Shown here one piece after another: positions 13,339-23,629 of a DNA stretch of 64,000 nucleotides; positions within the stretch are counted from its first letter, which is position 1; each line of letters begins with the position of its first letter. Below the pieces are notes generated by a model. It saw only the letters and a program-made list of their open reading frames with translations. It was not told where the DNA came from and did no database searches. This stretch comes from Lama guanicoe (Eukaryota), in NCBI GenBank assembly GCA_013239625.1, contig MU054400.1:4775802-4839801 (forward strand), read 5' to 3'. The translations under genes were made by a program, and so were the position numbers.

Positions 13339-14546
13339 GTAAGATTGTTTGGATTTGAAGGGATTAATTCTCTTTCCTCTGTGGCTCTCCCGCTGCTCAG
13401 GGCTCACCTCTCCTGATACTGACAATGCAAAAGTGCATCTTTCTTCTTCTTTTTTGTTTTTAAGTTCATTCTGTAGTCTTCTGCAGCATTACTCTATTTC
13501 CTAAGCTAGGCAGAAATAATATTTCAGTCCTATTTAACTCATCTTTGCACATGTAATTTTGCATTTTTTTTAATCAAAACCATTCCCAAGGCAAATGTTT
13601 AAATCAGTACATAAAATTACAGTGCAGTCTTTTTCTAAATGCAACAAGCCGCATTTTAAATAGATTTGTTTTTTGTGGTAAGCGGCATGGCATTATGATT
13701 ATACCAGAACGTGTGCAAATGGCTCTCTAAATCCAGCCTTGGTCTGTGAGTGGTTGGGACGAGGGTGAGTGGAGCCATGAGTGTGTGCAGTGTGGTCCCT
13801 TGTACCTTTTCAGTGCGGATGGTCTCTGCCAGGGCTGTGTCAGACATGGTTCTAAAGGGCATTCCAGCAAACCTGGAGCAAATAAAAATTCAGGGTGAAG
13901 AAGGTGACAGTTTGGCTTCCTGTGCACAGGGTCATGTCAGGCCCAGAGGGAGCAGGTGCTTGCTGTGTCCCCTCATCACTGGGTCGGAAGTGTCCATCAT
14001 TTGCATACCCATCAGGCTGGGGATGCCTCGATAGAGATGAGGAGGACCAGAGCAATAGGTTACTCAAGACTTGACTCTGAGTCTTAAAGAAGCCCTTGGA
14101 GTGGCCTATGGAGTCTGCCACCTGCTCGTTTCCAACAATGGTATGAGTTTTGATAGTCACACTATCTAGCGTTACCAGCTTGCCTGGGCACCAAGGACCT
14201 GAGGCAAGACTCTTGCCTGCCATGCTTCTCTGAGGGGGCACGTACAAGGGCTTTGTTATGGTAAGGCCCCACTCCTCAAAGAGTAGAGAGCAAAATATGG
14301 AGAGAGAAAGGATGCAGGGCATCCGGTTCTGTAGTTGAATTACGAAGTGCAGAAGGAGAATCTCCACCTTGTTGTTTGATTTATAAGACCTGTAGACACT
14401 TCCTGAAGCAAATATGATCCAGCCTGCCTGTGGGGTGGCCCACCCGGAGGATACGTGCTGTCCACGTGCGTGCTACCTCAGAGGCTTGCCGTTTGCACTA
14501 ATTTGAGTACTGTTACATAAGCTCCCTCTCTCCTCTCCCCCTGCCT

Positions 14547-14703
14547 NNNNNNNNNNNNNNNNNNNNNNNNNNNNNNNNNNNNNNNNNNNNNNNNNNNNNN
14601 NNNNNNNNNNNNNNNNNNNNNNNNNNNNNNNNNNNNNNNNNNNNNNNNNNNNNNNNNNNNNNNNNNNNNNNNNNNNNNNNNNNNNNNNNNNNNNNNNNNN
14701 NNN
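14547..14703 (+). CDS. DAPK1: DAPK1 exon 11 (expected QSVRLISL...SDDTL, ~93 nt), inferred to lie inside this N-run; exact bounds unknown
   Basis: I could not find this peptide elsewhere between exons 10 and 12. The gap is immediately preceded by a polypyrimidine tract (ctccctctctcctctccccctgcct), and 157 N can hold the exon. Confidence 0.6.
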
Positions 14704-16134
14704 CGGACAAGTTCTTTCTTACCACTGTGTAGCAAAGTTGTTTGCTTTGTTCAGCAACCCAGAAAACCCGAAGTCGTGGGGGTGTCAGGCCAGTTCCTCC
14801 TCCCCTTGAGGTGGGGAGTCGGGGTGGCTGATTTGATCTACTTTATTGCTTTTTTTTTTTTTGTCCCTTTTCCTCTTTGTTTTGATTGGCTATGCCACTG
14901 TCTCTAACACTGCCACCCTCCCACCCCCTCTCCCCCCATGCAGTTTGATAAAAGAGAGGCTAGCCAGTTGAAGAGGAAAGAGCATATTCTAATTTTCATG
15001 AACTAAAATGAGAGCCCTCTCTTGCCACTGACCCTGGAGAGTCTTGGATTGTAATAGTACAAAAGGGGCAGACAACTGTCCTTTTGAACACACACACCAA
15101 AACATCAGGGGAAGCGCAGTGGGGTTTGCCGGGATAGTTCATGGTAGACCAGAAGGCTAAACCCGCTGGCTTTGCCAATGTTGTATTGACTTCTGAAGGC
15201 CCTTGAGAACAAGTCCCCAATTTTTTTGCTCTTAATCCAAACTGAAACCTAATCACAGATTAACTCTTCAGATATGACTGGACACAACTGAATTCAACAA
15301 GACTTTCCCCAACAGTCAGACAAAGGGGCTTTGTGAATCATGATGGTAAAGGGGACTCCAGTAAAGGCAGAAAGGGTGGTTCTGTGGGAACCAACCTGCT
15401 CCTGTAACTGAATAGTCAGTGTTTCCTGAGTCGGGTCTGGGGACTCCAAGGGCAGGATCACACATTAACAGACACTGACTCTTTTTTCCCTCCCTGAAGC
15501 TAAATAGTTTTACTGAGGCTCTCGGTCCAGGCTAATAGAGTGAAAAGGGGGAGGAAATGGTAAAAAGGAAAAAAGAAGTGGGAGAGGAGCAAGTTAGGAG
15601 GAAGAGGGGGAAGGCTGGATTGGGGAGTTGTTTGAAAGTGGTAGTGGAACCAGGGACTGGATAAAAACTGTTCATTTAAATAAGGTGATGAGAATGATTA
15701 AGTCTCATAAATTAAAATCACCCTGAATAATCAGCCGGGAGAAATTGTGTCTCAATGAGAGGTATAGGGTAGGAGAGGGACTCGGGGCTGTGTGTGTAGG
15801 AGCTCCAGGTGGGAAGCTGGACATCAGGTTCACTCTCGCATCATCTCAGCATCCTGCTGACTGTGAGAACGTGTTACAGCATCCTGCTTATTCCTCCCTT
15901 TTCTTGCTGCTTTCAGGCCAGTGTCTCTTCATCTCCAACTTGGATTGCGATAGAAAAGCAAAACCCATGACATTCTTTAATGTGTGCTCTATGCAGATAT
16001 TACTAAGGCCCCCATGAAGCTCATTTGGATTCAGATTTATAGAGAAGAGGAAGCACAGTTGAGAGAAGTGATTTCTCCATCCTTCCACCCCCACAGCGGA
16101 GGTTCAGCCTCTGTAGCTACGATTATCCAGATTT

Positions 16135-16554
16135 AAATTTTTTTTAATAAAAGTTGATTTATTTAGAGAGCTGTACATGGCGGGGTGCAGTGGGGTGGTT
16201 AAAGTAAAGGCAGATAACACACTCCATAGACGGCGCAAGCTGTCTCAGAGGGAAAGAGAGAGAGGCCGCGAGGCATGGTGTTGCCAGTTTTTATAATGCT
16301 AATAAGTGAGAGGATTATTCCATCTACTTTAGGGAACGGGCAGGGGTTCCCAGAATCGGGCCACCTCCCTCCCTTTGACCTTCCGTGGTCAGCCTTGGAA
16401 CTGTCATGGTGCCTGTGGCAGTGTCATTCGCCATGCTGGTACCTCACAGTGAGTAATGAAGCTCAGTGTCCGCTGGAGGCCGCCTCCCACCATCTCAGGC
16501 CTGCAAGCCTGTTGTGAGTTGACTGTTTCACCATCCTGGTACCCACTGCTGTGT
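16135..16554 (-). mobile_element. ERV1 LTR (U3-R)-derived retrocopy with A-tail
   Basis: Homologous to the 62118 LTR (gatttatttagagag, cacactccatagac, gtggtcagccttgg). T8 run at 16138-16145 lies just past TTTATT; flanked by AGATTT repeats (16129-16134, 16555-16560). Confidence 0.72.
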
Positions 16555-17667
16555 AGATTTGACATGTTAGTAGCTCTACATATTCTGTAAGTCCAAATTT
16601 TTTTTTCCCACTGCCCTAAGGAATCCTCTGTGTTCCCCCTTATTCACCACTCCCTCCGCCTTACGAAACTGCAATTGACTCAGATGTCTCAGTCCTTTTT
16701 GTTAGTGGTTCTGTTTTTGGCCATGTCTTAAGAATGGTTACACTTGCACCTTTAATTAATAGTGACATGTGAATCTGTGATTACCTAAAATCTGTTTTGG
16801 CATAAGGTGTCCTGGGGAGGAGAAGACAACGTTCCACATTTTGTTGGATTTTGTGGTATTTGCTGTGTGAAAAAAGCACTTCTCACCTGATCACTTGACA
16901 GCTACATCAAGGGAGACTAACTCTGTGAATGCACATAAGTTTAAAACTTTTGTTTGGGATTTTTCTCGCTGATTTTTTGGTTTGCATTTACCGTATGTTG
17001 CAAATATCTTATAAGAAAACTTTGATAAAGTAGCAAGAATTTAACAAACTCGTTGTGCAACATTGTCTAGCTATTTCCTCTTTATAATTCGAATTGCACC
17101 CATTTTCCTTTTTCTGGCCTTTATTTTTATATTTCTCCCCTTTTAGGCTCCCCCCCTTTAAAAAAAATAATTGTGATCAGCTTTCAGAGAATTTTGCTGT
17201 TACAGAATACCTAGAGAATGAAGAATTTCTAAAATGACAACCTGTAATTGGAACAATTACTGAGTAAGACTTTCTTATTCAGGTTTTTAGAATCTGAGTT
17301 ACACCTGAAATTTCCTGGAGTGGTTTCTGGGACCATATGTGTTGAAAGATTCCTAAAATAAACACAAATAAAGGTAGTTTGTCATCCATCCTTGTTCTAA
17401 AGCTGAATCTTAAAAGCTGTTTGCTCTCTGGGTTGCAGTGCCGATGATGTTAAGACACAGGTAAGCAGCAGGTGGTGTTAGTTTCCAACACGGAAGGGCC
17501 AAAAGTAACCTCGTACTTCCCTTCACGACCGTGTGGATTTGGGGATTAAATGGCTCACTTCTCTCTGGATGCTCCTTTTGACAAATGAGCCTTGGTTTCT
17601 GGGATGTTGACAGGAGGGTCGCGGCCAGCACCCTAACCCTTGCTCTCTCTGCGCTGTCTCTCTCGAG

Positions 17668-17787
17668 GACGAGGAAGACTCCTTTGTGATGAAGGCTATC
17701 GTCCACGCCATCAACGATGACAACGTCCCAGGCCTGCAGCACCTCCTGGGCTCCTTGTCCAGCTATGATGTCAACCAGCCCAACAAG
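17668..17787 (+). CDS. DAPK1: DAPK1 exon 12 (DEEDSFVMKAIVHAINDDNVPGLQHLLGSLSSYDVNQPNK)
   Basis: 120 nt, phase 0-0; unusual GAG acceptor and weak donor GTCCGA. Confidence 0.93.
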
Positions 17788-18252
17788 GTCCGACGCCGTC
17801 CTGCCAGGGGTGGTGCGGGTCGGGGGGTGGGTCACGGCGACTGTGCACCTCCAAGTCCAAGGTGGGAAGACCCCCGTCTGCTCCTTCATTCTCCCTTCCT
17901 GTTATAAACTCCGTACTGTGGGAAAAAATCACTTCTGTTTAGAGAGTGGCTTGAGTTAGAAATAAGATCTTGTTGCATCGAGGGCCTTCATGCAAGGCCT
18001 TTGGACGTGCACCTTGAGCATCTCTAACCATGAAATTTTAAATGCACTCATCCTGTAAATGGAAATGTCACTTTTGATTGTGAATTCAAACGAGGATGGG
18101 CTACCGTGTTCCTCTGACTGTCTTCCATCCCTGTCCCGCAGGGTACGTGTCGGTTGAGACACGGGAAGGTGTGTGGGGCAGCAGTGATCGTCTGGGCTGT
18201 TCCTTTCCTACCAAACCTGAAAAATAGTAATTTCTTTTCTCACCTTTTCCAG

Positions 18253-18351
18253 CATGGGACACCTCCGTTACTTATTGCTGCTGGCTGTGGGAATATTCAG
18301 ATACTACAGTTGCTCATTAAAAGAGGCTCAAGAATCGATGTCCAGGATAAG
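18253..18351 (+). CDS. DAPK1: DAPK1 exon 13, ankyrin repeat (HGTPPLLIAAGCG...VQDK)
   Basis: ttttccag| ... |gtcata; 99 nt, one ankyrin repeat. Confidence 0.97.
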
Positions 18352-19152
18352 GTCATAATTCTATCTTACTGCAAAGGGATTAATTTTTTAAGGAGTTCCA
18401 AATGTCTCTAATCATAGAGGTAACAGAGAATAACACGGATGCGCTACTTCATTTCTCAGTTTCCCTTAAAGGAAGGTGAACTGCTTAAACAGCCTGGTCC
18501 TGTCTAGCACGTTATACAGGAAAGGACAGACATTCATCCCCCTCGGGGCTCTGTCGCCAAACCCCAGATTTTCCTCTTTACTGATCATTTCTTCAGCAGT
18601 GTTATTTGATGTTATGTTTGGAGAAGACTTCATTATCTAATTAATTGCATCAGAAATGTATTTGCCTGCACGTTTATGAGGGCATCAGAGTAAGGAGGAT
18701 ACGCTCTGAGGTGCAGACATGAGAGATGATCTGCTAGTTGTCATTATAGTGGACCTGTCGCCTGCATCCACAGACTTTCCACAGAGCCGTAAACGGACTA
18801 GATCTGGCCCTTGACAATATAGGGACTTCTCATCAGGAGTTGAAATGATTTTAAGGAAAGAAAAATAACTTGTTATTTTGAAATAATTCTAGATTTACAA
18901 AAGAAAAAAAAATCTATTAAGATAGTACAGAGAGCTGCCTTACTCCTTTCACGCAGCTTCCTGGAATGTTAATGTCCTACATAACCTTGGTCCTTTTGTC
19001 ATATTGAAAAAGGAAATGGGGTTTTATTCGTCTTGAGAGTTGCTCCTTTGGAGCTGCCATCACATGGGAAGGGGTGTATAGTGACTGAGTGATGCGTACG
19101 TTCAGATCCAACAGCTCTCTGGGAAGGTGACTCTGCCTTGGTTTTTGCACAG

Positions 19153-19251
19153 GGTGGATCCAATGCCATCTACTGGGCTTCTCGGCATGGCCACGTAGAT
19201 ACCCTGAAATTTCTCCATGAGAACAAATGTCCTTTGGATGTGAAAGACAAG
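19153..19251 (+). CDS. DAPK1: DAPK1 exon 14, ankyrin repeat (GGSNAIYWASRHGH...VKDK)
   Basis: tttgcacag| ... |gtaagg; 99 nt. Confidence 0.97.
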
Positions 19252-20517
19252 GTAAGGCCATTTCTCTTCTTTAGGATGGGGAAAGTAACAAAAGGTTGCC
19301 TTGAGTGTTGGCAGGCCGTGGGCAGCATGGCCCAGAGAGCAGGGATTCAGGGCCCAAGTCTTCCTGCAGAGATTTAATTTAGAAGTTCCTTTTTCCTGGT
19401 GGCTTGGTCTCATATTAAAATCTGACTTTAGCTGAAATATGCCAAGTAGTTGCTTATTATGTAAGCAGTGGACTCTTGCCCACAACATGAAAACTCAAAA
19501 GATCTGCTAGAGACACAGCCAGAAAGAGATCTGAGTCCTGGTCCTTTTACTAGCCTCTTCCTCTTTGAAGTGGCTGACAACGCTGACCTTACCGTCACTG
19601 GTGCTAGAAGGATTAATGAGACAGTGCACATAAAGTAAGGCTGTTGGGGTAAAGATGTTATAAAAAGTGTTGATTTACGAGGATACCTTACTTTCACGTA
19701 TCCGTGTTTCATTCAGTCCACACAACAATCCTGTGGATGAATTGCAGGGCTGGGACCTGCACCTAGGATTCCTACCTTCTCATCTGTTATGTCCCCTGTG
19801 CAACTCTTCTCTGTTTCTAATCCTGGTAGACTGATTTGTCATGTTCAATCAGGGCTGCCACGCACAGTTGCGCGAATTGTGCACTGCACCATATCTGAGG
19901 GATGACGTTCATATCCAAGACACGTGTATTTATTATGATAGTTTTCTCTCAGGCAGCAACAAGTTATCCTGTTTTGTTTTGTTTGAGATTAGTTTATTCT
20001 GACACTTTTATGGCAGATATAAGTAAACTCTCCTAAGGAAGTTGCATCTATTACTAGTTCACAGAATGTTATTATGTGGGCTCATGGTGATGTTTTTTAA
20101 AGTCTCTGAGAATGGTAAGAAATAACATTCTGAACACAGAGAGTGAAATCAGAAAATTGCTCCTAAATAAAACCCTGTGTTTAAATAACATAGTATTAAA
20201 AAAGGAATGTTGTGTGTTGAAAAAAAATCACATAGCTGGAAGCATCAGTATATAAAGAAGATTGAGAACAGCCTTCATCGAAAAGGGAACACACTCTCAC
20301 TTGGGCAGGGCAGGGAGTTATTACACGCAGGATGAGCTAGGTGTGTGGGCTTAACACTAGCTGGTGGCGGACACTCTACTCCAAGGTCCCTGCACAGTCA
20401 CCAAAGGGACACCAGGCCTAAGGGGGGTGGGCACCAGCTCAGGGGAGGATGCAGAACCAGGCTTGTGTGGGAGACGGCTCCCCGGGGGCTCTGAATCTTT
20501 GGCTGTGTCTTTTGCAG

Positions 20518-20616
20518 TCTGGAGAGACAGCCCTTCATGTGGCAGCTCGCTACGGCCATGCCGATGTGGTTCAGTTACTGTGCAGCTTCGGCTCGAACCC
20601 TAACTTCCAGGACAAG
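20518..20616 (+). CDS. DAPK1: DAPK1 exon 15, ankyrin repeat (SGETALHVAARYGH...FQDK)
   Basis: ttttgcag| ... |gtgggt; 99 nt. Confidence 0.97.
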
Positions 20617-21550
20617 GTGGGTCACGGTCTCTGGTGTGTTCTCTTCCTCCCACTCTCTGCACGGAGGTCCAGGCAACCGAATGATATGTTGGGAACTTTT
20701 GGAATTTATCCAAGTTAGGTTTGCTGCTTTGATTACAGAGGGCAGGGACTCAAACAGAAGCACTGACATTCATTCATTCATTCATCCATCCTCCAGACAA
20801 CCCTGTAATTCTCATTTTTACAGACGAGGAAACAGGCAGAGAGAGGTTCAGAAACTTGCCCAGGGTAACACAGCTCACTACTGGTGGAGGCAGTGCTCAA
20901 ACCCACACAGTCTGGTTCCAGAGTCAGTGTTCGTAACCACTACAGTGAAACAGCCTCTCGGAGACAGATATATACGTCTAATGATGTTGATCATGAACAT
21001 AGAGAACTCATGGCCAGCCGTTTCTTTGACTTGTCAGAGCATAATTATCTCGGTCACTTCTTTGCCAGAGCAGTAATCCATTTATGTGACTCATCTTTAT
21101 GTTAAATACATGACAGGAATCTTGAGGCATCAAGATCGTTAGAAGAATCCTCGCTCAGAGGAGTGCACTCCTACTGTTTAGTAAGTCTCGGATGAAGTCA
21201 ACGAAGGCACTTTTACAAGAAAAGGCCATCAGTCCGCCCACGCGGGGGCGCTGTGGTTCAGAAGCGCTGAGCTGATGGTTCCAGTGGGCCCCAGAAAGTC
21301 AGCTGTCAGTCAAGTGCTGAGAAAGCTGAATTTGTCCAACACACGTATTGAGGAAAGAAAAGCTAATGAAGGAAAGATGCCAGACCCACACCCATTATTT
21401 CACATTAATGTTTTGCCCCAGTGGCTACAAACTCTTTCTCTCCACTGCCTTGACTCTGCTGCTGAATTTAGCCAGGACTCCCACTGTGCCTGCGCTTCCT
21501 TGCACAGATTATCGCATTCTCCTCCTCCCTGTGCTTGTCCCCTCGGCCAG

Positions 21551-21748
21551 GAAGAAGAAACCCCCCTGCACTGTGCCGCCTGGCACGGCTATTACTCTGT
21601 GGCCAAAGCCCTTTGTGAAACCGGCTGCAACGTGAACATTAAGAACCGAGAAGGGGAGACGCCCCTCCTGACAGCCTCGGCCAGGGGCTACCACGACATC
21701 GTGGAGTGTCTCGCCGAACACGGAGCCGACCTGAACGCGTGCGACAAG
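21551..21748 (+). CDS. DAPK1: DAPK1 exon 16, two ankyrin repeats (EEETPLHCAAWHGYYS...ACDK)
   Basis: ggccag| ... |gtgcct; 198 nt; TPLH/TPLL motifs. Confidence 0.97.
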
Positions 21749-22341
21749 GTGCCTTGTGGGTGACTGCATCCCACTCGCTGGGGAGTGATCTGGGGGGCTG
21801 GAGGGACCACAAGACTTCTCAATTAGTGTACCTAAAATAACAAACTTGAAAGCAGCAAATTATAATTATCCTTCCTCTTCTCCGTTCCGAAGAGTCTGTG
21901 ATTCTAGATTCTGTGTCATAGTTAATACTCATTTGTGGGATGTAACAAAACTTGTGAATTGCTCGGATGAGTCAAGTCTTTTATTTTTAGCTTTTTTACC
22001 TTTTGGGCAGGTTCAGGGATGATCACGGAACCCAAGACAGACCCTCATTTAGGACTAAAATTGGCAACACACCATTGACTTGTAGATGGACAAAGAAATA
22101 GGAGGTTTATTTACTTCCGTTTCCGCTGCTTTGTGGAAGGACAATAAGCCACTCTTACTTGTTTGGCAATCTCAATTCTAGACCAGATTTTCCTTTTTGA
22201 TTAAGCAAATTCAGTATAATCTGTTCTTACTGTGAACTTGTACCTACAACGAGTCTGTGATGTGGCCGTAAACAGTGAGATTTAGGACGCTGTAGTTAAT
22301 CTTGTAACTGCCACGGGTGGAGTATTTTCTGGGTGCAGAGA

Positions 22342-22516
22342 AGTGGTTCTCAAGTGGGTAGGGACCTTGCCCGCAGGAACATTTGGCAATGGCTTGGAGA
22401 CATGTTTTGGTCGTCACAGCCGGCGTGGGGGATCTGGTAGATAAAGACCAGTGGCACTGCTGATCGTCCCGGGACAGACCCCAAAATGTCCATCGTCCTG
22501 AGGCTGAGCAACCCTA
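22342..22516. mobile_element. hAT MITE, MER20-like
   Basis: agtggttctcaa...gaacatttggcaatg..tggagacat...gtcacag. Confidence 0.7.
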
Positions 22517-23128
22517 GGACAGACAAGTTACAGAAGTGTTTCCAAACTCCCCCTGCCCAGCTCCTGAGGCGCAACACGTCTGTTCGCCGGGGATTCTGTA
22601 GCAGGTGGAGTGAATTCCCAGGCCAGTGCTCTGTGGGATGCAGAGGTTAAGCGTGTTCTGTTTGCTTCTCATATATATGACAGCCCTTGAGCAAATCACA
22701 CCTCTCTCAGTTTCTCCTGGTGTGAAATAAAATAATGAACTTAGCAAGTTAGTAAAGATTGCTGGGCAAATGTTTTTTAGAAGTATTTTTCAAATACTGG
22801 ATAGAACCGGCCTTTGGAGTGCCAATCATGACTTAAGTCCTGTAAATTCAGAGACAAAAACGAATGTGGAGTCTTCCTGCCTGAACGTACTGGCGAGCCT
22901 AGGCTGATTAAGCCGATGGTCAGCTTGGTCTGTGATGAATCAGAGTCGGGTGTATGCGGCCTCTGCCCCAGCCCCTCCAGGAGGAAGGTTTATGGTTTCT
23001 AATCCTCCTTCGGGCTTTGCAGTAATGATCCTGTTGCCGGTTAAACCTAGCCCTGTGCTGCTGGAAAGGCGGGCGGCTAGGCCCATGTGCCCGTGCGAAA
23101 GCGCTCACGGCCCCGGTGTTTGTTGCAG

Positions 23129-23326
23129 GATGGACACATCGCTCTGCATCTTGCTGTAAGACGATGCCAGATGGAGGTCATCCACACGCTCATCAGCCAG
23201 GGCTGTTCCGTCGATTTCCAAGACCGGCACGGCAACACGCCCCTCCACGTGGCCTGCAAAGATGGCAATGTGCCGATTGTGGTGGCCCTCTGTGAAGCCG
23301 GCTGCAATTTGGATCTCTCCAACAAG
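23129..23326 (+). CDS. DAPK1: DAPK1 exon 17, two ankyrin repeats (DGHIALHLAVRR...LSNK)
   Basis: tgttgcag| ... |gtaaag; 198 nt. Confidence 0.97.
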
Positions 23327-23575
23327 GTAAAGCTCGGGGGGACAGTCCCGGCAGAGTCCAGCCTGTCTGTCCATCCACCTGCTTGGGGGTTTGGGCAACT
23401 TTCTCTCTGCCTCTCTTCACTGTTAGTACTGCCTGTATGGGCCTGTTCTTTTTCACAGGCCTGTGCACTCTAAGTATATTTTCTCTTTGCCTTTTGAATA
23501 ATTTCCTAGAGTGACAGAAAATTATTATGTTAATAAGTACTTCCTGCTGAGCCTGGCTTACCATTTATGGGCATC

Positions 23576-23629
23576 GAGAGAGAGAGGAGGAGAGAGAGAA
23601 AGTGTGTGTGTGTGTGTGTGTGTGTGTGT
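23576..23629 (+). repeat. Compound (GA)n/(TG)n microsatellite
   Basis: gagagagagaggaggagagagagaaagtgtgtgtgtgtgtgtgtgtgtgtgtgt. Confidence 0.9.

Noticed and set aside
21238-21251. CTCF-like CCACGCGGGGGCGC
   Set aside because: Mismatches at the central YA positions; too weak to call without data.
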